Below, one piece after another: positions 21,108-31,068 of a stretch of DNA of 64,000 nucleotides. The stretch is from Parasphingorhabdus sp. (GTDB taxonomy: Bacteria > Pseudomonadota > Alphaproteobacteria > Sphingomonadales > Sphingomonadaceae). A program made the translations under genes and the position numbers. Every line of letters starts with the position of its first letter. Within the stretch, counting starts at the first letter, position 1. The notes below the pieces were generated by a model that was not told the origin of the DNA, ran no database searches, and was given only the letters and a program-made list of their open reading frames with translations. The stretch is from positions 272,449-336,448 of the forward strand of contig NZ_JBLWTY010000002.1 in assembly GCF_048269915.1 (NCBI RefSeq), read 5' to 3'.

Positions 21108-21380
21108 ATGCATTCCAAACGAGCCTCAAAACATGTCCGCAGGATCACGCCCTATCTGATGACCGTCGGACTGGGGCTGGCCGTCGCCGCCAATGCTGCA
21201 GAGCCCGAATCCCTCGATGACGAGACTGTGGAAATCCCGGCTCCGACTATCGACACCGATGGTGATGGTTTGATGGACGCCTGGGATCGCAGCGGCAATG
21301 GCCAGGCCGATGCGTGGGATAAAGATGGCGATGGCCAGCCGGATCTGCTTGATGACGATGGCGATGGCCAGCCCGACTAG
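21108..21380 (+). CDS. Small secreted acidic protein with four DxDxDG-type calcium-loop repeats
   Basis: RBS AAGGAG lies 8 nt before the ATG. It has a signal peptide (...LAVAANAAEP). Repeats: DTDGDGLMD, DRSGNGQAD, DKDGDGQPD, DDDGDGQPD. A terminator follows. Confidence 0.7.
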   Translation: MHSKRASKHVRRITPYLMTVGLGLAVAANAAEPESLDDETVEIPAPTIDTDGDGLMDAWDRSGNGQADAWDKDGDGQPDLLDDDGDGQPD

Positions 21381-21402
21381 GCGGGCCTTTCTCCGTCATT
21401 CG

Positions 21403-21437
21403 AACACCGGACCTATTGCTGGTCCGGTGTTTTTTTA
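21403..21437 (+). terminator. Rho-independent terminator
   Basis: aacaccggacc / tattgct / ggtccggtgtt followed by a T run. The stop codon of the convergent hydrolase gene sits in the loop. Confidence 0.75.
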
Positions 21438-22153
21438 TGCTCAAATATTTCATCGAACATGCTGAGCATGGCGGCCTTGCTCTGGCGGTCCGCAGATGCG
21501 TTATATTTCACCGCCTCGAGCGACCGCGCATCACTCGCCGGATCGGTGAATCCGTGGACCACGCCCGAATAAATGTGCATGTGACAATCGGCTTCTGAAA
21601 CATCCATTTCTTCAAGAAAACTGCGCACCTGCTCGGGCGGGACAAGGGGGTCTGCCCGACCGTGGCAGACCAGAATGCGTGCCTTTACCGTCCCTCTCTC
21701 GGCCGGTAGCGGTGTTGCCAGCAGGCCGTGAAAACTGACCACGAGCGCGAGATCCTCGCCACTGCGGGCCATTTCGAGAACGGCTTCACCGCCCATGCAA
21801 TAGCCAATCGCGCCGATCCGGCGGTTGCTCAGCCTGGACCGTGAACGCAGTTCTTCCAGCGCACAGCGGAACCGCTCGCGATAATATTGTGCATCCGCCC
21901 GCAACTCGTCCGCCAGTTTGCGGGCTATGTGCATGTCTTCCACGAATCCCTGACCATAAATGTCACAGACCATTGCGCTATAGCCGAGTGAGGCAAGCCA
22001 TCGGGCGCGATCGCGCATCAGCTTGTTCGGTCCGGCGATGGTCGGCACGATCAATATACCGGCCCGCGGATAGCGACTGGGCTGCGCGATATAGCCAGCC
22101 AGTTCGACATCACCATGGTGATAGGTGAAATTCTGAATCTCTATGGAGCTCAT
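21413..22153 (-). CDS. Dienelactone hydrolase-family protein
   Basis: 246 aa with nucleophile motif GYCMGG and C-terminal VVHGF. The start overlaps the cysK stop (ATGA). Confidence 0.85.
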   Translation of the reverse strand: MSSIEIQNFTYHHGDVELAGYIAQPSRYPRAGILIVPTIAGPNKLMRDRARWLASLGYSAMVCDIYGQGFVEDMHIARKLADELRADAQYYRERFRCALEELRSRSRLSNRRIGAIGYCMGGEAVLEMARSGEDLALVVSFHGLLATPLPAERGTVKARILVCHGRADPLVPPEQVRSFLEEMDVSEADCHMHIYSGVVHGFTDPASDARSLEAVKYNASADRQSKAAMLSMFDEIFEHKKTPDQQ

Positions 22154-23070
22154 TCTTCGGGTAAAAACTCCGGAACCGAGAGATACCGCTCTCCAGTATC
22201 ATAGTTGAACCCGAGAATTTTTGCCTGTTCGCCCAATTCCGGCAGCTTTTGCGCAATTGCTGCGAGAGTGGCACCGGATGATATGCCGACAAGCATACCC
22301 TCTTCCCTGGCGGCCCGCAGGGCCATGGCCTTGGCATCGGCCGGATCGACCTGGATCGCGCCATCAATGCTCTGGGTGTGGAGATTGCCCGGAATGAAGC
22401 CGGCACCGATTCCCTGAATTGGATGTGGGCCGGGCTGGCCACCGCTGATCACTGGCGAGGCCGTCGGCTCGACAGCATAGACTTTCAAATGGCTCCAGTG
22501 ATCTTTCAACACTTCCGCTACCCCGGTGATATGCCCGCCTGTCCCGACGCCGGTGATAATGGCATCCAGAGGATCATCCTTGAAATCGTTGAGGATTTCG
22601 AGCGCCGTGGTGCGTTTGTGCACCTCAAAATTCGCGGGGTTTTCAAATTGCTGTGGCATCCAGGCGCCGGGGGTCTGGTCGATCAGCTCCTGGGCCCGCT
22701 CGATTGCACCTTTCATGCCTTTTTCTTTCGGGCTGAGGTCAAAGCTTGCACCATAAGCCAGCATCAGGCGGCGACGCTCAAGCGACATGGATTCCGGCAT
22801 TACCAGAACCAACTTGTAGCCCTTGACCGCGGCGACCATGGCCAGACCGACACCGGTATTGCCGGACGTCGGCTCGATAATCGTTCCACCGGGTTTAAGC
22901 GCGCCGGATTTCTCGGCATCCTCGATCATCGCCAGGCCAATGCGGTCCTTGATCGATCCGCCCGGGTTTGACCGTTCCGACTTGATCCAGACATTGGCAT
23001 CACCAAACAGCCGCTGCATCTTGATATGGGGCGTATTTCCGATGGTTTCGAGAATATTATTGGCGATCAT
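22150..23070 (-). CDS. cysK: Cysteine synthase A (O-acetylserine sulfhydrylase)
   Basis: ATG 23070 with AGGAG upstream. PLP Lys in GGSIKDR; also TSGNTG and GISSGA. Confidence 0.93.
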   Translation of the reverse strand: MIANNILETIGNTPHIKMQRLFGDANVWIKSERSNPGGSIKDRIGLAMIEDAEKSGALKPGGTIIEPTSGNTGVGLAMVAAVKGYKLVLVMPESMSLERRRLMLAYGASFDLSPKEKGMKGAIERAQELIDQTPGAWMPQQFENPANFEVHKRTTALEILNDFKDDPLDAIITGVGTGGHITGVAEVLKDHWSHLKVYAVEPTASPVISGGQPGPHPIQGIGAGFIPGNLHTQSIDGAIQVDPADAKAMALRAAREEGMLVGISSGATLAAIAQKLPELGEQAKILGFNYDTGERYLSVPEFLPEE

Positions 23071-23089
23071 TATCCTGCACTCCTGTTTT

Positions 23090-24403
23090 CTATTTGTTGG
23101 CCTCTGTCGGTTCGCGTCCCAGATTCTCCGGCGGATCAAATGTTTTGGCGGCACCCAATTGGGGAAACAGGCGCGACCATAGTCCGGTTACCACTATAGC
23201 ACCGGTGCCGCCGGCGACAATGGCGGCGATGGGGCCAACCAAGACGGCGAGGCCGCCAGACAGGGCGTCGCCGAGTTCATTCGATGCACTGATCGTCATC
23301 TGGCTGACAGCACCGACCCGTCCCCGCTTCGCATCCGGCGTATGCAGCTGGATCAGCGAACTACGGACATAGACTCCGAACATGTCGGCTGCACCGCATA
23401 TCCCGAGGCAAGCCATCGACAGATATAGATTGGTGCTGAGGCCAAAGCCGATTGTGCCCAGTCCGAACACCGCCATTGCCACCAGCATGCTGTTGCCAAC
23501 ATTCCTGCTGAGCGGGGCAAAGGAGAAGATCAGGGCGACCAACACCGCACCGACGGCGGGAGAGGCAGCAAGCAGCGACAGGCCGATTTCACCGGCATCC
23601 AGTATATCTTTTGCAAATACCGGGATCATCGCGGTTGCTCCGGCGAGGAACATCACCAGCAGATCCAGCGTGATGGCACCCAGCACGAGCTTGTTGGTCC
23701 AGACATAGGCCATGCCATCGCCAACCTGCTGGAAGGGGCTTTTGCTCTTGTCGGCGGTGGCGCGTGGTACCGGGCCGATCAGGAAAATTGCCAGTGTCGC
23801 GAGCGCATAAAGTCCTGCGCAGACAAAATAGGGCAAGGCTTGATCGACCTTGTAAAGCGGGCCTGCCATGCCCGGCCCTGCTATCACGCCAACTTGCCAG
23901 GCGATGGTGGAGAGGGCGATGGCGCGCGGAATCGATTCTTTGGGGACCAGATTGGGTGCCAGTGAGGTGACCGCAGGCCCGAGAAACGCCCGGCAAATGC
24001 CCAGAAGAACAGCGATGACATAGATCGTCCACAGTGTGATGCTATCGTTCGCCGTGAGCAATGCTAGAGCCAGCGCAATCATCGCCTGTGCCGCGAGCAC
24101 CATGCGGGCAATCCAGCGGCGGTCCATATGATCGGCAACCCATCCGACCAGTGGCGTCAGGATGAACAATGGTATGAATTGCAGCAGCCCGAGCAGGCCC
24201 AAAATCCCCGCCGAAGCGCTGATCCCCATATCTTCGCGCGCTAGATTATAGGCTTGCCAGCCGAGGATCAGCATCATTGCGTAGAGCGCGAACATTGACG
24301 CAAGCCGGGAGAACCACAGATACCGATAATTGGCTATCGCAAAGGGATGTGGTGCGGAGGTGATCACAAATGTTTCGCTAGCGATTGAACGAACTGGCCG
24401 CAA
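23090..24403 (-). CDS. MFS transporter
   Basis: 437 aa with a TTG start and about 12 hydrophobic segments. Substrate unknown. Confidence 0.8.
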   Translation of the reverse strand: MRPVRSIASETFVITSAPHPFAIANYRYLWFSRLASMFALYAMMLILGWQAYNLAREDMGISASAGILGLLGLLQFIPLFILTPLVGWVADHMDRRWIARMVLAAQAMIALALALLTANDSITLWTIYVIAVLLGICRAFLGPAVTSLAPNLVPKESIPRAIALSTIAWQVGVIAGPGMAGPLYKVDQALPYFVCAGLYALATLAIFLIGPVPRATADKSKSPFQQVGDGMAYVWTNKLVLGAITLDLLVMFLAGATAMIPVFAKDILDAGEIGLSLLAASPAVGAVLVALIFSFAPLSRNVGNSMLVAMAVFGLGTIGFGLSTNLYLSMACLGICGAADMFGVYVRSSLIQLHTPDAKRGRVGAVSQMTISASNELGDALSGGLAVLVGPIAAIVAGGTGAIVVTGLWSRLFPQLGAAKTFDPPENLGREPTEANK

Positions 24404-24582
24404 TCAATTCATTCGCGGATGGATCGACCAGGCACGAGCCGACGACAGGAAAATCCCGGTTCATTAACGCTTCCTTTTAATATTCTATGTGCCGACGTGC
24501 CGCAGCGGGACGACGCAAAAAACAGTCATTCCCAATTGCAAATCCATGGTAAATATCTCCTTAACAAAATGGAGCATGGGCG

Positions 24583-25284
24583 ATGGTCGAGAAAATTGCA
24601 TATCGGATAAGCGCATTGGTTCTGCTGTTCGCCGCTCTGGGAACTGTCGCGCTGCTGGTGATGGGGCTGACCCGCGCCAATGCTGATCCTGCTGCTCCAT
24701 CATCCGTGGTGTCGGCGAATAGAATAGCGAGTAGCGATACGCCCGAACCCGTCTTGCAAAAAGCCTCTGTGACCGGAGAGACCGTTGCGGAACCGATGGA
24801 AATCGTTGAGAAACTACCGATCAATGACAAGTTCGTGGTCAAGCGCATCCTCCAGATCGACGAGCCGTTTGTGCACGGCTATTATAAATGGGATGATGAA
24901 GGGGTGCCGGCCGGCGAGCTGGTCGTGACCGTCGATCTCAAGGCAGAGAGCATTTCTGTCTTTCGCGCCGGCTATGAAATCGGCGCCGCAGTAATCACCT
25001 TTGGCGATGCCGAAAAACCTACTCCGACCGGCGTCTTTCCGATCACCCAGAAGAGCAAGGACCATGTTTCGAACATCTATGGCTCGCCGATGCCCTACAT
25101 GATGCGGCTGACCAATGACGGCGTCGCGATCCATGCTTCCGATGTCAAATGGGGCTGGGGCACGCGCGGCTGCATCGGCGTCCCGATGGAATTTGCCCGG
25201 CGATTGTTCGAACAGGCGAAGCTGGGCGACCGGGTGATCGTGACCAATGGCAAGATGCTGAACCTGGGTGACGCTATCTTGTAG
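24583..25284 (+). CDS. L,D-transpeptidase (YkuD domain), membrane-anchored
   Basis: N-terminal TM/signal anchor. Catalytic motif HASDVKWGWGTRGCIGVP. Confidence 0.88.
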   Translation: MVEKIAYRISALVLLFAALGTVALLVMGLTRANADPAAPSSVVSANRIASSDTPEPVLQKASVTGETVAEPMEIVEKLPINDKFVVKRILQIDEPFVHGYYKWDDEGVPAGELVVTVDLKAESISVFRAGYEIGAAVITFGDAEKPTPTGVFPITQKSKDHVSNIYGSPMPYMMRLTNDGVAIHASDVKWGWGTRGCIGVPMEFARRLFEQAKLGDRVIVTNGKMLNLGDAIL

Positions 25285-25317
25285 CGGTTGCGGCACCTTG
25301 TCCGGGGGCGAGAGCGC

Positions 25318-26385
25318 TCAGATCGCAACCGGCTTCTGATATTCGTTGATAGCCTCGAATATGGTCGTCAGCGCCTGACGTTCTTCCTCTGAAATTTCCG
25401 GACGCCAGATTTCGAACAGCAAAATGACCCGGCGCTGGTCGCTGCGGTTCCAGGCTTCATGCTCGAAACTGTCGTCGAAGATCAGCGATTCGCCCGCCTT
25501 CCAGGGCCTGGTTTCTCCGCCGACGCGCAACGCACAGTCAGGCGGCAGGATCAGCGGGATATGACAGATCAGCCGCGTGTTGAGCATGCCGTAATGCGGT
25601 GCGATATGGGTGCCGGGTTCGAGCACCGAATAGAGCGCCATCGGCGAGCGTTCCTGGATGACCGGTATTGGCGCAGCTTCCAGTGCCGCCATGGTCTTCG
25701 GACAATTCACGCTATTTTCGGTGACTTCGACGCCGTCCTTCCAGAAATAATAGGCCCCCCAGTTCGGGTCGTCGAGCAGCGGATTATTCGGGCGCGGCCG
25801 GTTCGGCTGGCCCTGGACATAAGGGGAGAATTGCCGGGTCTGCGCGATCACGCCCTGCAACTCCTCCTGCATGGCGGGGATTGCCGCTTCCATGTCGGCG
25901 AGCCAGGGAAATTCAGACCGTTCATAAAATTCCCGCTGCGGCATGCCCGGATAATAGAATACAGACGGTTTCTGATGAAAGATTTCCCGGCGCCCCATGA
26001 GCAGATCAATGGCATTGCGGACCGGGATTGGTGTGTCATTGCCGGCCAGTCCGGTTTCTTGCAGTTTGCGCAGCAAATAAGCTTCAAACCGACCATGCGC
26101 ACCGGCGAGAAACTCTTCCGCCTGCTTCAGTCTGGGCCGCAAGTCACCGGACACCGCAGCGCCGACGTTGACCATGTTCAGCGCGGCCTTGTAAAAGCTG
26201 TTCGCGGCCCGGTCATCGCCCGTCCGCGCTTTCAGTTCCCCCATCAGCAAAAGCGCAGCAAGATGCCGCTTGTCGATCTTCAGAAGCTTCATCAACGCGG
26301 ATTCCGCGCCGGCATCGTCGCCGCTGCGCAACGCCGCAGCCGCCTGTTCCGAGAGGGACTGGATCGTGTCGGTTGTTATATTCAT
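25318..26385 (-). CDS. Aspartyl/asparaginyl beta-hydroxylase-family dioxygenase with an N-terminal TPR region
   Basis: N-terminal TPR-like helices. C-terminal cupin with THIAPHYGMLNTRLICHIPL and IFDDSFEHEAWN. Confidence 0.85.
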   Translation of the reverse strand: MNITTDTIQSLSEQAAAALRSGDDAGAESALMKLLKIDKRHLAALLLMGELKARTGDDRAANSFYKAALNMVNVGAAVSGDLRPRLKQAEEFLAGAHGRFEAYLLRKLQETGLAGNDTPIPVRNAIDLLMGRREIFHQKPSVFYYPGMPQREFYERSEFPWLADMEAAIPAMQEELQGVIAQTRQFSPYVQGQPNRPRPNNPLLDDPNWGAYYFWKDGVEVTENSVNCPKTMAALEAAPIPVIQERSPMALYSVLEPGTHIAPHYGMLNTRLICHIPLILPPDCALRVGGETRPWKAGESLIFDDSFEHEAWNRSDQRRVILLFEIWRPEISEEERQALTTIFEAINEYQKPVAI

Positions 26386-26471
26386 GGCCGGTTTATAGCG
26401 GAGTTGTGAAGTCAGGCAAGCAGGGCTGCTAGGGGGTGTCGCAAGACAGGTTCGGGACGAACGGATCGGGC

Positions 26472-28790
26472 TCAGGCCACCTCCACAAAACTATCCAATA
26501 CCCGCTTGGCGCCGCTCTTCTCGAACGCGATCTCGAGCTTGTTGCCTTCCTTCTCCATCACCTCGCCATAGCCGAATTTGGTGTGGAAGACGCGCATGCC
26601 CACGGTCACGTCGTCGCGGCCCTTGTTGCCGAGGGAGACGGCGCTGCGGCGGGCTTCCTTGATATTGCGGGGGCTTTTGTCGAAGCCTGACGAGGCGGCA
26701 CGTTGCCAGCCGGGGCCGCGCTTTCCCGCTCTCGTGGCATTGGCCGCGGCCAGATGGGCGAACGGGTCGCTTTGCTCGCTCCAGTTGGCGCGCCACAGGC
26801 TTTCGCCGCCGCTCATGCTGCTTTCATGTTCAACATGTTCGTCGGGCAGTTCGCCGATGAAGCGCGAGGGGATGGAGCTTGTCCACTGGCCATAGATGCG
26901 CCGGTTGGCGGCGTGGAAGATGGTGCATTTCTTTTTTGCCCGCGTGATCGCGACATAGGCGAGGCGGCGTTCCTCCTCGAGGCTGGCAATGCCGCCCTCG
27001 TCCAGGCTGCGCTGCGAGGGGAACACGCCTTCCTCCCAGCCGGCGCAGAAAACATGGTCATATTCCAGCCCCTTGGCGCCGTGCATGGTCATGATCGTGA
27101 CCTTGGGCTCGTCGTCGCGCGCGTCATTGTCCATGACGAGGCTGACATGCTCGAGAAAGGCGCCGAGCGTTTCATAGTCTTCCATCGCGCGGGCGAGCTC
27201 GGTGAGATTCTCCAGACGGCCGGCGGCTTCGGTCGAGCGGTCGGCCTGCAGCATCGTCGTATAGCCGCATTCGTCGAGCACGATGCGGGCAAGCTCGGCC
27301 TGGTCGGTATCCGCTGCCATCTCCCGCCAGCGGCCGAAATTGCGCATCAGTTCCAGCAATGTATTGCGCGCGCGCGGCGGTAGTTCGTCCGTGTCACAGA
27401 TGCTGAGCGCGGCGGCGGCGAGGGGGATGCCCTGAGCCCGGGCCAGACGATGGACCTTTTCCACAGTTTTATCCCCAAGACCGCGCTTGGGCGTGTTGAC
27501 GATCCGCTCGAACGCAAGATCGTCGGCGGGCTGGGTGATGACACGGAGATAGGCAAGCGCGTCGCGGATTTCGGCTCGCTCGTAGAAGCGGAAGCCGCCG
27601 ATAATCTTGTAGGGCATGCCGATCGAGATGAAGCGGTCCTCGAACTCGCGGGTCTGGAACTGGGCGCGGACGAGAATCGCGATATCGTTGAGCGATACCT
27701 GTTTGATCTGCTGCAGTGCCTCGATCTCGTCGCCGGTGCGTCGGGCTTCTTCCGGGCCGTCCCAGACGCCGATGACCTGGACCTTGTCGCCTTCGGTTTC
27801 CTCGGTCCAGAGCGTTTTGCCGAGGCGGCCGCTATTATGATTGATCAGGCCCGATGCGGCGGCAAGAATATGCGGGGTGGAACGGTAATTCTGCTCCAGC
27901 TTGACCACCGTGGCGTCGGGAAAATCCTTCTCGAACTTCAGGATATTGGCGACTTCCGCCCCGCGCCAGGAATAGATGGACTGGTCATCGTCACCGACGC
28001 AGCAGATATTCTTGTGACTCTGCGCGAGCAGCCGCAGCCAGAGATATTGCGAGCTGTTGGTATCCTGATATTCGTCGACCAGGATATATTTGAAACGGCT
28101 CTGATATAGCTCGAGAATTTCGCGGTTGGTCTTCAGCAGGTTCAGCGAGTGCAGCAGCAGGTCGCCAAAATCGCAGGCATTGAGCGCCTTCAGCCGCGCC
28201 TGATAGAGCGTGTAGAAATGCTGGCCCTTGCCATTGTCATAGCGCTCAGCCTCACTAGCATCGAGATCCTGCGGATTGAGGCCGCGGTTCTTCCACTGGT
28301 CGATTAGCCCGGCCAGCATCCGCGCCGGCCAGCGCTTGTCATCGACTTCCTCGGCCTGGATCAGCTGCTTGAGCAGGCGCAGTTGATCGTCGGTGTCGAG
28401 AATCGTGAAATTGCTTTGCAGCCCGACCAGTTCGGCGTGGCGGCGCAGCATTTTCGCGCCGATGCTGTGGAAGGTGCCGAGCCAGGGCATGCCCTCGAAA
28501 CTCTCGCCGACAATGGCCGCGATCCGCTCCTTCATCTCGCGCGCCGCCTTGTTGGTGAAGGTGACCGCAAGAATCTCGCTTGGCCAGGCCTTGCGGGAAT
28601 AGACGATATGCGCAAGCCGCCGGGTGAGGGCGGCGGTTTTTCCGGTCCCCGCACCGGCCAGGACCAGTACCGGGCCCTCGCTGGTGAGCACGGCCTCGCG
28701 CTGCGGGGCATTCAGACCACGGACATAGGGCGGGTCATTTTCTGGTGATATTTTGACAGGTTCGGACACAGGTGAACAGTTAGGGAACAT
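26472..28790 (-). CDS. uvrD: UvrD/Rep-family ATP-dependent DNA helicase
   Basis: ATG 28790 (MFPNCSPV...). LAGAGTGKT, VDEYQDTN, TMHGAKGLEYDHVF and YVAITRAKK. The track ORF extends another 106 codons upstream across a convergent gene and was rejected. Confidence 0.93.
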   Translation of the reverse strand: MFPNCSPVSEPVKISPENDPPYVRGLNAPQREAVLTSEGPVLVLAGAGTGKTAALTRRLAHIVYSRKAWPSEILAVTFTNKAAREMKERIAAIVGESFEGMPWLGTFHSIGAKMLRRHAELVGLQSNFTILDTDDQLRLLKQLIQAEEVDDKRWPARMLAGLIDQWKNRGLNPQDLDASEAERYDNGKGQHFYTLYQARLKALNACDFGDLLLHSLNLLKTNREILELYQSRFKYILVDEYQDTNSSQYLWLRLLAQSHKNICCVGDDDQSIYSWRGAEVANILKFEKDFPDATVVKLEQNYRSTPHILAAASGLINHNSGRLGKTLWTEETEGDKVQVIGVWDGPEEARRTGDEIEALQQIKQVSLNDIAILVRAQFQTREFEDRFISIGMPYKIIGGFRFYERAEIRDALAYLRVITQPADDLAFERIVNTPKRGLGDKTVEKVHRLARAQGIPLAAAALSICDTDELPPRARNTLLELMRNFGRWREMAADTDQAELARIVLDECGYTTMLQADRSTEAAGRLENLTELARAMEDYETLGAFLEHVSLVMDNDARDDEPKVTIMTMHGAKGLEYDHVFCAGWEEGVFPSQRSLDEGGIASLEEERRLAYVAITRAKKKCTIFHAANRRIYGQWTSSIPSRFIGELPDEHVEHESSMSGGESLWRANWSEQSDPFAHLAAANATRAGKRGPGWQRAASSGFDKSPRNIKEARRSAVSLGNKGRDDVTVGMRVFHTKFGYGEVMEKEGNKLEIAFEKSGAKRVLDSFVEVA

Positions 28791-28893
28791 CGCGCGACGG
28801 AGCAAGACCCGTTTTGCCTGTCCAGTCCCGAGGAAGGAACCAATTGGCATTCCAATGGTTGCTTGGGGAGTAATAACGGAAATGGAGAGCAAC

Positions 28894-29184
28894 ATGCGTA
28901 AACTAGCAATTTTCAGTGCTGTAGCAGCGGCATCAGTGGCTTTTTCCGGAGCCGCATATGCTGGCCAGAGCGAGATGTCGGATGGCGCAAAAATGAAGGC
29001 AATGCCAGCAAAAGTGAGCAAAGAGTCCAGTGGCCGGGCGCAGACCGTGATGCTCAACGGTAAAGAATATGCCGTGTGCAACGGAGATGTGACCGATAGC
29101 TGTGTCAATCCACGCGAGGCGGGTTTGAACTATGGCAATCGGGCGCTGGACCATTGGCCCGGGAAACCCGCCAGCGAGATGTAA
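28894..29184 (+). CDS. Small secreted hypothetical protein (96 aa)
   Basis: GGAGAG RBS before ATG 28894 and signal peptide MRKLAIFSAVAAASVAFSGAAYA. Terminator downstream. Confidence 0.65.
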   Translation: MRKLAIFSAVAAASVAFSGAAYAGQSEMSDGAKMKAMPAKVSKESSGRAQTVMLNGKEYAVCNGDVTDSCVNPREAGLNYGNRALDHWPGKPASEM

Positions 29185-29208
29185 TCCCCGTTGTGATATT
29201 GTTTAAAA

Positions 29209-29243
29209 AGCGAGGCAGTTTAACCGATTGCCTCGCTTTTTAT
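29209..29243 (+). terminator. Rho-independent terminator (A run upstream, T run downstream)
   Basis: agcgaggca / gtttaaccgat / tgcctcgct followed by ttttat. Confidence 0.75.
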
Positions 29244-29332
29244 CGGTTGTCCGAAAGGACGGGTTGCAACTTATGTTGCAATGCACCATTTATTAATTAA
29301 TGGACTTCACAATATCCCCCGCGGAGTAAATA

Positions 29333-29458
29333 ATGAGCAAGAGACTGACCACAAGCGCAATTGTCGCCACCCTGTTGATGGTGGCGACCAGCATTTACAG
29401 CAGCGCGCAGCACAGCCATGCTGCAACAGCACCCACTGCGGTTCTGATGGGCGGCTAA
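29333..29458 (+). CDS. Candidate 41-aa hydrophobic micro-ORF (below the ORF-track cutoff)
   Basis: GCGGAG lies 7 nt before ATG 29333. Product MSKRLTTSAIVATLLMVATSIYSSAQHSHAATAPTAVLMGG*. Two palindromes precede it. The 3' end overlaps the rsmD stop by 4 nt. Confidence 0.25.
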   Translation: MSKRLTTSAIVATLLMVATSIYSSAQHSHAATAPTAVLMGG

Positions 29459-29997
29459 ATCGCTGCCGGGCGCAGGAGATGTATCCGCGCCTTGCCGCTG
29501 TCGCGCGCACAATCGAGATCGAAACCTTTCACAGCCACAGTTTCCTTGCGCGACGTTTCCACCGCGATCCAGCTTGAAGGTGCAAACCAGCCGTGCCGAC
29601 CGAGCTTGTCAAGCGCCACCGCGCCGGCGCCGGTTTCATAAGGCGGGTCCATCAGAATCAGGTCATAGGGTTTGCGCGCTGCGCCGAGATGCAGGACGGA
29701 ACCGATCCGGACATCGGCGTCGGCACCCAGTGACTCGATATTTTTCTCCAGCGCCTTGATCGCATCCGGGTCCTGCTCGACAAAGGTGCAATGCGCCGCG
29801 CCGCGCGACAGGGCTTCCAGGCCGAGCGCGCCGGAACCGGAGAACAGGTCGAGAATCTGCAAATCCTCAAAATCGCCCAGCCGACTGGTCAGCATCGAGA
29901 AAAGCCGTTCGCGCGTGCGATCAGCGGTCGGCCGGGTGGTCTCCCCTTTAGGCGCGACAATCTTCCGGCCCCGCCATTTGCCTGCAATGATACGCAT
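29455..29997 (-). CDS. rsmD: 16S rRNA (guanine966-N2)-methyltransferase
   Basis: LDLFSGSGALGLEALSRGA and the DPPY motif. Confidence 0.9.
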   Translation of the reverse strand: MRIIAGKWRGRKIVAPKGETTRPTADRTRERLFSMLTSRLGDFEDLQILDLFSGSGALGLEALSRGAAHCTFVEQDPDAIKALEKNIESLGADADVRIGSVLHLGAARKPYDLILMDPPYETGAGAVALDKLGRHGWFAPSSWIAVETSRKETVAVKGFDLDCARDSGKARIHLLRPAAI

Positions 29998-30006
29998 CCT
30001 AGACCG

Positions 30007-30819
30007 TCATTTCAGCGTCTTGCGGAATTGCACCAGATCATGGCGGCGCACGGCCTCGATCTCGCCCTTGGCGAGATCACCGAGCACGAACGGACCGTAG
30101 CTGGTGCGGATCAGGCGGGAAACTTCAAGGCCGAAATGTTCCAGCACCTTGCGGACTTCGCGGTTCTTCCCTTCGGTCAGGGTCATTTCGATCCACTGGT
30201 TGCGGCCGGTGCGGCGTTCCAGATTGGCGGTGATCGGACCATAGCGGACGCCGTCGATGGTGATTCCGCGATAGAGTTCTTCCAGCTGCGCCTGGGTGAT
30301 GTCGCCAAAGGTCCGCGCGCGATAGGTGCGCGGGATACCGTTTTTCGGCAATTCCATCTCGCGCTTGAACTCGCCGTCGGTGGTCATCAGCAGCAACCCC
30401 TCGGTATTCATGTCGAGCCGGCCGATCGGCATGATCCGCTCCATGTCCTTGGGCAACACGTCGTAGATCGTCTTCTTGCCGGAAAAGTCCCGCTCTGCGG
30501 TCAGGCAGCCGGTGGGCTTGTGGAAGCGGAAGAGCTTGGCAGGGGCCGGTTCGGCGACCGGTTTGCCATCGACGGTGATCCCGGTCAGGTTTTTCAGCAG
30601 CAGCGAGGGATGCTCAACCGGATTGCCGTTCAGTTCAATCCGCCCGGCCTCGATCATCCGTTCGATTTCGCGGCGCGATGCGACGCCGGCGCGAGCGAGC
30701 AGCTTGGCGATGCGCTGTCCTTCACGGGTGTCGCCCGCCTGCAATGCCGGTGCGGCGGCAGGCTTTGCTCCGGGGGTCGGTTTTGCGCGATATTTCTTGC
30801 GCGGTTTTTCTTCGGTCAT
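30007..30819 (-). CDS. Pseudouridine synthase, RsuA/RluB family
   Basis: ATG 30819. Basic N-terminal tail, S4 domain (RIAKLLARAGVASRREIERMI) and catalytic GRLDMNTEGLLLMT. Confidence 0.9.
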   Translation of the reverse strand: MTEEKPRKKYRAKPTPGAKPAAAPALQAGDTREGQRIAKLLARAGVASRREIERMIEAGRIELNGNPVEHPSLLLKNLTGITVDGKPVAEPAPAKLFRFHKPTGCLTAERDFSGKKTIYDVLPKDMERIMPIGRLDMNTEGLLLMTTDGEFKREMELPKNGIPRTYRARTFGDITQAQLEELYRGITIDGVRYGPITANLERRTGRNQWIEMTLTEGKNREVRKVLEHFGLEVSRLIRTSYGPFVLGDLAKGEIEAVRRHDLVQFRKTLK

Positions 30820-31068
30820 GGTCGAGACGCATGGCCGAAAAAAGCGCTGGCTGCAATCTGTAACCTTTGGTCCGGTGGCCACGAAGCTCTATTATTACCC
30901 CTGAGGAGTTTGAAACGGGCAAGATTATCGCATGCGCCGTGATCGGCGGCTCGACCCTTGCCGAATCCATCGGTGCGCGGCTGCCGGATATTTGAGGTGC
31001 GTCAAAATCAAGCTGGCATTCAGATGAATAGGCGCTAAAGATTCCCGTAATTCAAGGGAGTATTTAGC

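Noticed and set aside
28791-29108. 106-codon N-terminal extension of the uvrD ORF in the six-frame track.
   Set aside because: The extension has no helicase homology. It overlaps the convergent, RBS- and signal-peptide-bearing small gene at 28894-29184. Helicase motif I appears shortly after the internal ATG at 28790.
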